Part shown: one piece after another, positions 49,108 to 61,989 of the stretch
Position numbering within the stretch: position 1 is the first letter of the stretch
How the letters are laid out: every line of letters begins with the position of its first letter
Position numbers and translations under genes: made by a program
The notes under the pieces: model-generated
Told to the model about the DNA's origin: nothing
Database searches by the model: none
Seen by the model: the letters and a program-made list of their open reading frames with translations, nothing else
NCBI GenBank assembly: GCA_010093605.1
Contig: MU004182.1
Coordinates: 1,335,032 to 1,399,031 of the forward strand
From: Lophium mytilinum
Taxonomy: Eukaryota
Length of the DNA stretch: 64,000 nucleotides
Direction of reading: 5' to 3'

Positions 49108-51228
49108 TTCAGATCGCAGTTTGAAGCTGTATGATGGTGACTAAGGTGAGATTTGAATGTGATGTTGCTGCTCTACTCGATGACGTGCACCTCGACAATC
49201 TTGGAAGCTGCATGAGGAATTCAAGGGTTCATGCTAACCTGATTCGACTAGCGCGGACATTCAACTTCAGACTTCTGCTCACCACCTGGAGCATATATCT
49301 AAACAATCCGATCCTGGTTTATTCTGAACTGATGAGCGCAGTACGCCGAGCTTGAGAGGTGTATGACCTCGGGGTGCATAATTAGGCGTCAAGTGCCTCT
49401 TCTGGCAAGAAGCAATATCGCATCAAGCGCTTGCACATATGCGCGATCAGAGAGACAGCCCCGCTGAATCAGGAACCATGTAAGAGAGCAGGGCAGATGA
49501 GATCGGCTGGGTATGCTGATAGGCCATGGGAAAGGTGATGGCTGGGATACGAGGGCTGAGCGTAGCCTGTCTCGTGGAAAAGATTTTCGTACGCCCTGGT
49601 CCGCGGGATTGGATCGAGATGTCGGTTCCGGGTATGTAGACGACGGAGCGGGCGACACAGACAGATGAGGCTATGAGATCCCTGAGGGTTGTCGCTCTAC
49701 TCTGATAGGAACAGGCAATGAGGGTACAAGGGACGTCCTGACGTGAGGTGTGGAAGAAGGAAGTTCAGGCGAGTAGTAAGTAGGGTTGATAATGGAAACG
49801 TTCTTGTCAGATGCTTGCTCTTGGAAGACGTCTCTTGTGCAAACGACGAATTCTCATGCTCGTGCCCTTCGCGCTTCTGTTGCTCTCGAGATATCTCGGT
49901 ATTTGCGATTCATGTCTCCCAATTGGAAGGCCCAACTTCCATGGGAATACTGAGTCCCTGTCTCCATAACCTTGCCAGTACTGCATAGTGGTTCGAGGGG
50001 CTGTTGATCACATTGCTGGCTCTGAAGAGGTGCTACCCTTGGGGGGTAATCGGGCCAGATAATGTCCCCAACTGGCCCTCCCCCTGGACTTGGCTTGCAT
50101 CTTGACAGGCAACGCTGATGCAGCACGCTGGGAACAGCCTTGCACTTCCGACTCGGCGAAGGAGGAAGTCCGTTCGAGTGCAGGGCTGTAGGGCTTTGGG
50201 CTTGGACCGTGGAACCGCGTGGGGAGGCCCTAGCGACTCGGATTTGCCCGCCCGCTAGCCGTCCCTACGCAAGCCACTTTGATGTCCAGGCGCGGCAGAT
50301 TGACTGCTTTGACAGCTGGCGAGAGGCCAACAGGGGTCAAACGGGAGGGATGCAGAGGGAGGGTGTGCTCTTCGGGACGCGCAGTCGCTTGAGCACGCGG
50401 TCAATTGGCTGTAGAGAGGGCTCCCCCCGTCGCGCTGAAGGGACTGCTTGACTTCTCGGGCAGCGCACGCAGTCCGGGCCTCCGGTTTGGGCTGTTCGCT
50501 CACGGCGCTCAGACCGACGGCAGCTCGGACAGCCCGCTCAAGCCCCTTTCTGGCTCGACAGGCGTGCGGGTCGTGTCGTCGACAGCCAGCGGCGTGGCTC
50601 GATGCATGACAGCGCCCAACTGTTGGCGGAAGAAGGCCCTCGCCGCTGCAATTGGCGCTGCACAGGCGGCGGAGCGGTAAGAGAGATTGAAGCCGCCCGT
50701 CACCCATCGCGTCGGGCTGCGGAAATAAATCATCGTGACATGGAGCGCAGAAGGTCGACGCGGTTGGGTGCTTGCCGTGCTCCCGTCTCCAGTAGAATAG
50801 TGAACGCCCAAAGAGACCAGTGCGCAAGGCCTCTTCGTAGCGCGCCACGACACCTCCGCTGCCCATCCTTCACCTCCTCGCACCAGCATCTATCTACGCG
50901 CAATCGGGTCGCGTCCTACAGCTCCCCTCTCCCTCTGGACACTCTCTTTCTAGCCTCACGGTCCGTTGTTCTGTTGCGCCCGCACCAACCGTCAGCTCCT
51001 CAGCCCTAGAGTACCCCGCCAGTCGAAAACCCTCACCGGCATCCGAGTCTCGACCACTGCTCACCACCCTACCACCAATCCCGCTATCCTTTGCGCAGCT
51101 CCCCCCTTTGAGTCACTATATACGCTTGACCCTCCATCCGTGCCAGATCTTCATCGCTCAGCTGTCCACTTGCTCTCGGCCCTCGACTAGCTGCTGACCT
51201 CGGATCTCGTCCGCTTCAAAGAAGAAAC

Positions 51229-52882
51229 ATGTCCTACGGATACCCAGGCGGAGGCGGCTACGGTGGCCAGCCTCACCAGGGCTACGGTGCTCCACCGCCG
51301 CAAAACTACGGCTCCCCGGGATATCCTCCGCAACAGTACCCGCCGTGAGTACAAGCTATGTTCGAAGTCGCCATGGCAATCTGACATGTAGATCAGGCCC
51401 CAGCAACAATATGGCGGATACCCGCCTCAACCTCCTCACTCCCCGCAGCCTCCCTACAATGGAGGCTACGGGCAACCAACTCCTCCGCCGCAGCAATACG
51501 GCGGGTACCAGCAGGTTTGTCGTCTCCATGTCATTTCACAAATTTCTCTGCTTACGCGCTGCACAGACCCCTCCTCCTCAGCAGTATGGATATCCTCCTC
51601 CCCAGAACCAAATGTTGCCGCCAGCCAACCAGGGCTATGTCGGTGGCCATGGCGCTCCCCCTCCCCCTCCTACACAGGCCCAAGGTTTTGGCCAAGGCGC
51701 GCCTTCAGGCTACAGTTTTCAGTACTCTGCGTGTAATGGGCGGAGAAAGGCCCTCCTCATCGGCATCAACTACTTTAGCCAGCGTGGCCAGCTTCGGGGT
51801 TGCATTAACGACGTGAAGAACATGTCGACGTATTTGAACGGACACTTTGGGTACAAGCGCGAGGACATGGTCATCCTGACCGACGATCAGCAGAATCCCA
51901 TGAGCCAGCCCACTAAGCAGAACATTCTCCGGGCCATGCACTGGCTGGTCAAGGACGCCCGTCCCAATGACTCCTTGTTCTTCCATTACTCCGGTAAGCG
52001 TTTCGAAGTCGAAGTAGAAGCTTTCAACTGACATTCCTAGGTCATGGTGGCCAAACACCAGATCTCGATGGCGACGAAGACGATGGCTATGATGAGGTTA
52101 TATACCCTGTCGACTTCAGGACAGCAGGTCACATTGTCGATGATGAGATGCACAGAATCATGTACGTATAATACTGTTATCTGTACAGCGCGGCTTACTA
52201 ACTCTTGCAGGGTCAAACCTCTCCAACCAGGTGTACGATTGACCGCCATCTTCGACTCTTGCCACTCTGGATCTGCTCTGGATCTCCCATACCTCTACTC
52301 TACCCAAGGTGTCGTCAAGGAGCCCAACCTTGCCAAGGAAGCAGGTCAAGGTCTACTTGGCATTGTTTCGTCTTACGCTCGCAACGATATGGGTGGTGCT
52401 CTCAAAGGCGTCTCCGGATTGTTCAAGAAGATCACGACTGGCGATGATGTTTACCAGAAGAACCTCCGAACAAAGACGTCTCCGGCTGATGTTATCATGT
52501 GGTCTGGTAGCAAGGATACACAGACCTCGTAAGTCGCTTAGTCCTTATTACCCTGACTGTTCCAGCCTTGGCTACTCAATTCGAAGATAAACCACTGACA
52601 GTTCACAGCGCTGACGCGTCAATTGGCGGCGAGGCTACCGGGGCTATGTCTTGGGCGTTCATCAACGCGCTCAAGAAGAACCCCAACCAGAGCTATGTAC
52701 AGTTGCTGAACAGCATCCGCGACGAGCTGCAAGGAAAATACGAACAGAAGCCGCAGCTCAGTTGCAGCCATCCGTTGAGTGAGTTATTTCCTAGTTTGCT
52801 CACGCCCAAATCCCTTAAATCAGCACATTGGCCAGCAGCTAATCAATACCTTTCAGACACCGACCTGCTCTATGTGATGTAG
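51229..52882 (+). CDS. MCA1: Type I metacaspase, multi-exon
   Basis: G/Y/P/Q-rich pro-domain; [27 protein letters not shown] (catalytic His), AIFDSCHSG (catalytic Cys), GAMSWAF and QKPQLS. Confidence 0.95.
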
Positions 52883-53850
52883 ACTTGCCACATGCAAAGG
52901 CCACGAACCTCGGCTGGCGCTTACGGCTGAGATACCTAAAATGATTTGACGATTCGCGGAAAATTCGACTTGTATATAGCATAATTGTGGACTTGGAGGA
53001 AACCTTTCCGACTGCCTTCGGGCTATTCTTCTCGGCAGGCGTTGGACTAATACTGGGCGGAGCATTGATATACCATGTAAATGAAATGAGACAATCCTAT
53101 TCTCTTAGGTTCGTTGTGGTAGTGCTAATAGTGTAGGTTCTTGGCCGGTACCGGCTACAATGAATAGCCTTGTGAACCTGCAAGCACCGAGGCCAATATT
53201 GGCGATGCATAATCTGGCCAGGCCTTCGCGGTCAGGGCTGCATATACGAGCAGACCGAGGCTGCTGGTCAGCTCGAGTGACTCGCAACGCCTTCACTACA
53301 TCACCAAGTGTGGGGAAACCTAGTTGAGGCGTTTATCATTGGGTCACGAGCTTTATAGAGTTGGCCGAACCGAGCGGCCTTACTCGATGCGGAAGGCTGA
53401 TTATGCGCATCCACGTATAAGCTGCGCGCACGCCTCTTGATGTGGGAAACTTGGTAGAGTGGAGCTGTGACCACGTTGAGCTGCCTCTAGCTGTGCTATT
53501 CGTCATGGGTACTTAATTTGGGTGTGGTGCTAATATCTAAGCTTCTTCGTACGAAAGCGGAGGGCAGCGGCACAGCACAGGTATAACTTCAAGTCTTCCT
53601 CCACAGTACGACTCTTCTCTGTGGTTTTTTATTACACGTAAGGGTACCCAGCGCTGTGCAAAGGCATCCGTGTGAGAAGCTTATTGCAACCTTTGTTCTT
53701 CGTTTGTAGTGGCTTGGGAGCTCGCAGTTCTTACATCGTTCACTTTACATACGTCTCGTTATTTAATATCACACTGCTTCACATGTGAAGCAGCGGAAAT
53801 AAAAAACTAGCAACAGGAAGAGTTGGATCAGTGTTCCTTTATTACACTAT

Positions 53851-55899
53851 ATGGCATTCTTCAACATGTTTGTCAACCAACCTTCAATACGCACATTTTC
53901 GATACTGGCCGTTGCGGTCTCACTTGCCGGTCTTGGTGGAGCACACCCATCTAAGGCTGCGAGAGATGCTCTGCCAATTGTTGATTTGGGATATGAACTG
54001 CATCAGGCAGCGTCGTTCAATGTAAGAGTTTCGACTATACTATTCTCAACTCAATCCTACAGCTCGACATGGCAATAAGTAAATGCACACCACCAATTTT
54101 CCACTGCGAGGGGTACCCCTATGAGATTTCCGGACTCCAGGCGTAATGTCGAATCTTGCGTGGCGTGCTTTGAGCTGCCTTTTGGCTGAGCGGCTTTGGG
54201 TCAACGAAGCCGCCCCTGAAAGTGACACCCATTGTTCAAAAGCGGCGCTGTAGTAGTAGCCTCTCAAATTTTTCAAGCTTACGCGTTCAAGAGCACACAA
54301 TGCTGACATAACATAGGAAACAGGGGGCTTCTACAACTTCTCCAACATCCGCTATGCAGCACCACCCCTGGGCAACCTCCGCTTCGCGATTCCCAAACAT
54401 CCCGCCAAAGACCGCTCGACAGTGCAAACAGGCAGCGTCGGACGCGTCTGCCCTCAAGCAAACCCTGCCTGGGAAGCCATTGCTGCCGTAGCCGTTCCGG
54501 AGTACCTCTTAGGAGTCCCGTTCAACACATCCCAAACATTCAACACCACTAGTAGTGCTCCCACTATCGATCCCCGCACCACCGAGGACTGCCTCTTTTT
54601 GGACGTTGTGGCCCCTAAGAGCGTGTTTGAAAATGCTCACAAACACGCTCGTGCTGCGGTCCTCGTCTGGATATACGGGGGCGGGTACACAGCTGGGGAG
54701 AAGAGTGATGCGCAATACAACCCGTCCGGACTGTTGAACGCGAGCGAGGCCATTGGTGATGTCGTTTTTGTATCTCTGAACTACCGCCTTGGCGCGTTTG
54801 GATGGTCGTCTGGCCCGAAGTTCCAGTCACAAGGCGGCGTGAATAATCTGGGCCTGTATGATCAAAGGTTGGCCCTGGAGTGGGTGCAGAAGAACATCCA
54901 CAAATTCGGCGGTAACAAACACCGTGTGACCGTCATGGGGGAGTCGGCAGGCGGAGGGAGTATACTGCACCAAATCACGGTAAGTACATCAAAGACGCCC
55001 CCTCCAAGGATACCTCAACCAATCTGATACTTACCCACCCTAAGGCCTTCGGCGGAAAACACGGCGTCCCCTTCCACCAAGCCATCCCCCAATCCCCCGG
55101 CTTCTTCCCCACAACCTCCCTCTCCGCCCAAGACGCCACCTACGCCGCCCTGCTCGCCGCCACCAACACCAGCAGCCTCGCCGAACTCCGCGCCGTCCCC
55201 GAAGCCACGCTAATCCGCGCCAACATCCTCACCGTCGGCGGCGCCCCCTACGGCCTCTTCACCTACGGCCCCGTCGCCTCGGGCACCTTCACCCCCGGCC
55301 TCCCCAGCCAGCTGCTCGCCAAGGGCCGCTTCCACCGCTCCGTGCGCCTGCTCACCGGCCACAATGCCGACGAAGGCCTCCTCTTCGCCTCGCCCTACGC
55401 CACCATCCAGTCCGCCTACGAGGCCCTCCTGCGCCGCAACTTCGCCGACATCACGGCCGCCGCCGTCTCGTACGTCGCCGATGTGCTCTACCCGCCCGTC
55501 TACAACGGCAGCTACGGGTACAAGGACGACAGGGGCCGCGTGGCCGTCGCCGAGGCGGAGAGCTCGTTTACGTGCAATAATGTGTATCTGGCGCATGCGT
55601 TTAAGAATAGGAGTTATGCGTATGAGTTTACGACGCCGCCGAGTATTCATGGGCAGGATGTGCCGTATACGTTTTGGAATGGGGGCGCGGTGGCGGCGGT
55701 GCTGAACGTGACGGTGGCCAGGGCGTTGCAGGAGACTTTGCTGAGTTTTGTGGTAAAGGGGAAGCCGAGCGGGGTGGGGGTGTATGGAAAGGAGAGTGAG
55801 GTGTTGAAGATAGGTAGTGCGGGGGTGGCGGTGGGGAAGGATGATGTGGATGCGGTAAGGTGTCAGTGGTGGGGGAGGGGCGCGTGGAGGGAGGGGTGA
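53851..55899 (+). CDS. Secreted type-B carboxylesterase/lipase; introns 54022-54316 and about 54980-55044
   Basis: Hydrophobic leader; NIRYAAPPLGNLRF, EDCLFLDV, WIYGGGY, NYRLGAFG, GLYDQRLALEWV, GESAG nucleophile, HNADEG and HGQD. Confidence 0.92.
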
Positions 55900-56092
55900 G
55901 GTGGTGTTGGAAGAAGAGGATGTAAATATGTGGTTTCTTGGATGTGAGTGGTTTACTTGGACTGAGTTCATAATCAGTATTCGCAAATGTCAGATGGCTG
56001 AAGACTCCATTCGAATGCTATGGTACACAATTGCCATTTCTCGCTCTGATATTAACATTCTGAAATCCCATGATCCCTCAGCGTATCAGAGT

Positions 56093-56665
56093 TCAGATCT
56101 TTCCCTTGATCTCCTCCTTCGCGCCCTTGGCCTTGCCGGCCAGTTCCGACGCCTTGCCCTTGGCCTCGCCAGCGAGCTCCGACGCCTTGCCGCTTGCTTG
56201 GCTGCTCACCTCGGACGCCTTGCCGCTTGCTTCGCTGCTCACCTCGGACGATTTGCCGCTCGCTTCGCCGCTAAGCTTGGATGCTTCTCCCGAGGCTTCG
56301 TTGCTCTTGGTGCCAATGGTGGACTTGGCGGCTTCTGTGGCTTTCTCTGTAGGTGGCTGTTAGCCCTAGTACGAAAAATTGACAGAGGAACGGGGCCCTA
56401 GTCAAAGGATTGGAGAGGCTGTTGCCCATGCATAGAAGGAAGGATGGTGTAGGTCGGTAAAGTATGTTCAAGGTGTATATAGACGAGTGTAGAGGCAGCT
56501 TCACATACCTCCAGTCTCAATGCCCTTGACAGCAGCATCCGAAACGATCCTGTCGACCTTCTTGAGCGGCTCCTTGAGCGTATCGGTGATCGACTTGCGG
56601 GCAGCGGGCGAGGTGGAGAAGAGGCGGGCCTGGCGGGCAATTGAGGTGCGGATGATGGACGACAT
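56093..56665 (-). CDS. LEA-like protein (136 aa) with a putative mitochondrial presequence and 11-aa repeats; intron 56347-56508
   Basis: MSSIIRTSIARQARLFSTSPAARKS presequence-like start; exon 2 has 33-nt tandem repeats (GEASGKASELA-type). Confidence 0.85.
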
Positions 56666-57505
56666 GTTGAGTAAGCTAAAGTGCTGTGTTTCTTGCAATT
56701 GAAGTTCTTGTGTGGTTGAAGAGGGTTTGAGAATGGTTCGATGAGGAGGAGAGCGTTTGTTGGAGGTGAAGAAAAGCTCAGAGGGCCTGAGGGTAGAAGC
56801 AAGCGAATGACGTCGCGATGTTGTCACTGCAAGTCGAACACAAAAGGCCCGAGCTGTCACTTCCCCAGATCTTCGCTTATCGAAACCGAAATGTGACTTT
56901 CCCATCACCGATTACCATCACATAGATACTTCTATCCTCACTTATTTCTCGTATTGCCATTCAATTGGCCGCGGATTGACATTACTTTGGCATTCAAGTG
57001 ATTGCGGATGCAGAGCGCTCTTAACGCTACCAAATACTGCACAGCAATTGTGCCACCAGGGTGAGAGTCGCGACGCGTTGGCAGTAACATCACGATTGTA
57101 ATCAGGATTCCGTCTGAGCAGCAGATCAATTGTTTACTACTCGATGCATCATGAAGTCTTCCAATGCTGCCGACCTGTACCTAGGGCTCTGATTCCAGAC
57201 CTCCGACTCCAAGCCTCCAACACCATGCTCGATCATGCCGCCAGTGAAGAGGGAAGAGAAAAGACACACTAGATCATATCAGTACTTACTCATTCATTGA
57301 AGTCCGTGTAGACCTCTCCATGTCCCACAAAGTCATAAGAACAGTCCTAGCCGGCCAGTTATGTAGCCATAGTTTACAGCCTCCAACACCAAGCCAAAGC
57401 CAAAGCCAGCCATCTGGGTTAATATCACAAAACGATGTGCTAAATCATAAGAGAAAGAAAGGGCACATACTTCACCTCGAAAATCACACCCAGTCCTTCG
57501 CCGCT

Positions 57506-60500
57506 TTAGAAGGGCTCACCGTCTCCCATACCAGCTCCAGGTCCACTGAATAGAGCAGGATTATGGGGGCTTCCCATCCCGATCACGAAGGGAATGCTGC
57601 TCCCCTCATTCGCGCCCACAGATCCAGACCCACTTCCACTACGCTTGCGCTGCTGAGGCGGCGCAAGTGGGGCTGTGGAGTAAGACATGCTACGGCCATG
57701 ACCGCGCATTGGGGCCTTCCCAGCGCCGGTATCCACCTCTTTCTGCTTCTCTGCTTCAGCCGCGGCTAAGACGTCGGTCTTCGGTACGAATTCCAGGAGC
57801 CCATGGCGGGGGCGTACAGGGCGTTCGGGCGTCGTTCGCGGCGGAGACCAGTCGGGGGTGCGTGCCGTTGCGTACATAGTGATGATGCTGTCGGATGCAC
57901 TACGCTGTGTGTCTTCGCGTTGCAGGGCGATTGGGTTGGCGAGTGTGTTTTGCACGCCCGTGCCTACAGCTGTGTCTTGAGAGTGTGAAATGCGCAGAGC
58001 GGTACGCGGAGATGGGCCAGGGCTAGTCTGGGACGGGCGGCGCGAGCTTCGTTCCGGGGTCTGAGGCGGCATAATCTCGCTCGGTGATGGTGGGAGTTTC
58101 TTGTTCAGGCTTGATGAAACGTGTTTACCAGCTGGAGAAGCTTGCGGGCTGGAGAGTGCGGCGGATGTTGCGGGCGTAGCAGGCTGGAGAGAGCTACTAG
58201 CTGACATTGGGATCGAGGTTGGAGACGGCGTGGCCGATATTCCAAGCCTTGGGGAGGCGAGGGCGAATTTAGCACGAACGGGTATGTCGCGATGTCCTAC
58301 GCCAATCGGCGAACTTGCTTCGCTGGGAAGGCTCAGAGCACTAGACAGATTCTTGATGTCCTTCTTGTACCCTTTGATGTCCAGCTTGTAGTAGATGATC
58401 TCTCGCACGTAGAACTCTACCTCTTTGCTCAACTGCTCGATACGGAACTCATGTTCCGCTAGCTGGTTGTCAACCTTGCCGGAAGTGTGGGCTATATGTG
58501 CCTTCAGACGCTTTTGAAGGAGCGCAATCATGCGATCAACATCTTCCCGGGTCGCATTCTGTGGAAGCGGCCTGTTATCATTCACCTCCGCCCAGATCTC
58601 GAAGGACGCCCGTTTTCGAATCTCGCTCTCAAGGACCCTCTTGAAGTACTCCATCTCTCTACGTAGTCTGAGTATGTGGATCTCGGCATCGTCAAGCTTT
58701 GATGTCAGCTCCTTCAGTTCGGCCGTGGATCGATTGTATTTCCGTTCCCAGTGGTTGCTTTCCCCTTCCCACGAATCGCACCGCTTTTCTAAGGCTTCAC
58801 TGCGCTTCTCCATCTCTTCGAGGCGCGCCTCTGCGACTGCATAGCGCCCCGTCGCAGCTTCATTCACTCTCCGATATTCTCTTTGATGGTCGTTGATAAC
58901 AGCGTCTTTTTCTCTAATCTGCTTATTTAGGACCTCGATGTCGCAATTCTGGCGCTCGAGTTTATCGACAAAGGCTGCTATGACCTTGGCCTGACTTGGG
59001 TCTTCCTTTACCGGTTCCTTGAGAGGCGTATTCTCTCTAGCCTGGACTGGGACAATAGCCGTTCCGGAACCAGATCTTGATGGAGTCGTGACGTCGTTCT
59101 CGTAGTACCGTCCTGTTCGTTGGAGCTGGTTCTCCAAGACTTGGATCTTGATGCAAGCTTCCTGAAGGTCGATAGTGAGCTGCTTTTCCGACGGCTGAGG
59201 TCTGTTGAACGGATTGACGTCGTGCTTTAGGTTGTAAATCTGTTCAAGTGCATCGACCCTCGCAACGTTGGAGACTTGGAGACGTGTCTCGAGGTAGTCA
59301 ACCGAGTTGCGGAGCTTTTTGACGTCTTCGAGCGCCGGTTTGACGGAGGTGTCCACATCCACATCTCTTACGCGCGCTTCCAATTCAAGGCTGTCGATAT
59401 GCTCCTTTTGGGTGCTGACAGTCTTTTGCAGATCTCGTACATCACTATTCGCTGCCTTGAGCTTGTCCATGAATCGATCGATTTGCCTGTGGAGGGCGGA
59501 TTCGTTCAGTTTGTACTGCTGGTTCTGTATGGTAAGCTCGGCATTTTGCTTGAGGGTCTCATCGTAGTCAGGCGCGTCATCCTGTGCTTTCGGCCTCCTA
59601 GCGCTGCTGAGCGTCCTGGTGAGCCTCCTCATGTCTGCGGTCGGGTCGGTTGCCCTCGGTGTCAATTGAGGTTGTTCTTCAAGAGCGGTCTGGAAAGACC
59701 GAATGCTTGTAGCAGACGGTACAATCTGCGGGTTTGCCGGTCGCTCTGCGGTAGGTGTTTGAGGTTCGGCGGTGTCGAGGAGCATTAAAAGGTGGTTGCT
59801 GGAAGCTAGCGCGTGCCAGATCTGGTTAGCTCGGTTCGGCTAGCGAGGTTGAATTCACCAGATGGAGGCAGGCGAGGCAGGCGACGTAACTTACCATGGT
59901 GAAGTGACCGCTGCTGAGACTGCTCTTCCAACACTCGGGCGTAGGTCTTCAAACTCGAGATCTCGCGCTCATGGGCCTCTGAAAGAGACGCGATATGAGC
60001 CTCGTGGGACGTTTGCAGGCTGGCGAATTGGGACGATAATGTTGAGATGGTTTGATCCTGGGCCGAAATGGTCGCCTTGAGTTCCTCGAGCTGGCTTGAA
60101 TTTGACGACATCTGTCACTGCTTAGCGCGATCGCAATTGGGCTCCAACCGTACACATGGCGTTCGCTCTCGGGACAAAAAGTACTTTGACGCGTCTGGAC
60201 GCGTTCTGCACACGCTTCAACGAACTCTCCTGTTCACTTCCTCTACATGGTCTGATATCACATCCCGCCCTCTCACAACTGGCTTCATCATGGCCGCGCA
60301 TATCTGCTACACAGAACAAAACACACTACACTAACCTCGTCATGTCTGCTCGGACCTTGGTTGCTCATCTTCTGCTTCCCATTCCTCTTCTCCAATATCA
60401 TGGGCGACGGCTGCAACGACCTGCTGCTATCCGAACCCGCTCTGGCCCGGGCCGAGTCGTTACTGCTCGATTGGCCCCCGTTTGTCGAGGCCGAACATGC

Positions 60501-61330
60501 TGTGAGCTTGCTCTCGGTGGTAGACGATGGGGAAAGGAGCAGACTTGGTCGCGACTTTGATCGGCGCTGCACGCGGGCCTCGCTCAGGCTCTTTTTGTGC
60601 TGCGGTATGCCGGCGCGAGAGTCCCGGGGAGCTGCAGGAGCGCGATATTCGGCAAGAGTTGGGCTGAGCAGGTTTGCGCTGCGGACCGACCTCATGGTTT
60701 GGCTTGCTGCGGATGCCGCGACGGGTGAGGCGGGAGGGAAGCCCTGATTCACCAGCAGGAGGGAGCCGGGCAGCTCGACGATATCTGGCGTCGGTGGCAG
60801 AGATATCGAACGTGGCCTACCGGGCAAGGGCTTATGTAGCGGAGATCTAGGGCATGCACTACCAGTCAAGGCTGGGGATCGGAGCATCTCATTGACCACG
60901 GCCAGCAGATTTGACGCAGAGCTGACGGAGCTCAAGGCGGCATTGTGGAGGGCAGAGGCGGGAGCCAGACACTGTCCATGGGCGTCACAGCTCGAGGGAG
61001 ACAACAGGCCCTGCAGTTGAGGGCGAGCGTGAGCATTCTGCGCCGGTCAGCCAATGACTGGACAACACGCATAGGTATCCCCGTTAACCTCAACGCTATA
61101 TATGCACCACCACGTTGCGTCGCTGCAACCAATTGATGCATGAACAACGCAAGGCCAACGATGAGGCGAAGAAGAGACTGCCACCATACCTGGCTGCTGC
61201 TAGTCGCAAAGGACGAATTGTTGTGTGCGTCCGGGAAGTCGGTCGCAAGCGGGAGCAGCCCGCCAGTTCGATGCGCCTCTGCGGCAGCGCGTCTGTCGCC
61301 TTTGGTCCAGGTGAAGAACTTCGACGCCAT
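57506..61330 (-). CDS. Large multi-exon coiled-coil protein of unknown function
   Basis: Exon 61330-61190 splices in frame to 61010 (GTATGG...CAG), then further exons at about 60.2-59.9 kb lead to the 759-aa ORF with long heptad stretches and EIIYYKLDIKGYKKD. Middle exon boundaries are uncertain. Confidence 0.7.
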
Positions 61331-61989
61331 AGCCGCTCATGCCAGGCGTCTTGTCGAGTGGAGGGTCGCGGAGGGCATTTGGGGAAACGAGTGACGAGGG
61401 TTGGGACGTGAAGTTGGAGAAAGCGCACACCTGTGACACTGGCAGGGCCATGGGAGCGGTATTAAGACTCCAGGGCCAGAGACCCATCTGGCCGTACTCT
61501 TCAGCGACTACTTTCCATGTGCATTAGAGCCGTATGCAATGCTTCCAAGGCGGAATCGGGGACCCCAAAAGAGCAATAGGAAGTGTGCGCCACTGTGCGG
61601 CGCGGACGCCCACCCATGCATTCACCAACTTGAGTGGGTGAGAGTGAACGGAAATCAAGGGATTCGGGAGGTGAAACTGCTTGTTGTTGAGCTTCCACGG
61701 GGTGACCATTGATGAAGCAGCATAAGCGCTCTCTCCCCCGTCGCCTTGCTCTCGCTTCCGAAGTCACCCCTGCCCTGCCAAAGATTTCGGAACTGAGCCT
61801 CTTTGCGACACTGCGAGGCACCCAGGGAAACTGCATATTGCCAGCGACCAACCCACTCCAACTTCTTCCTGTGTGCCTTGGAGTCTTCGCCCACCTCTGG
61901 ATCCACTCGGTGCCTGACCGCAGGAGAGTTCAGTCCCCACCGCCGGCACGGTCGACCCGCTTCCTGCATCTAAGCCCAGCGCATTGGAG

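Noticed and set aside
51229..52882. Metacaspase as a member of the protease/HET island
   Set aside because: It is the ordinary conserved type I metacaspase, about 12 kb from the island and among housekeeping genes. Nothing in the sequence links it.
56100..56300. 33-nt tandem repeat as a non-coding element
   Set aside because: It is explained by the 11-aa repeats of the LEA-like protein on the minus strand.
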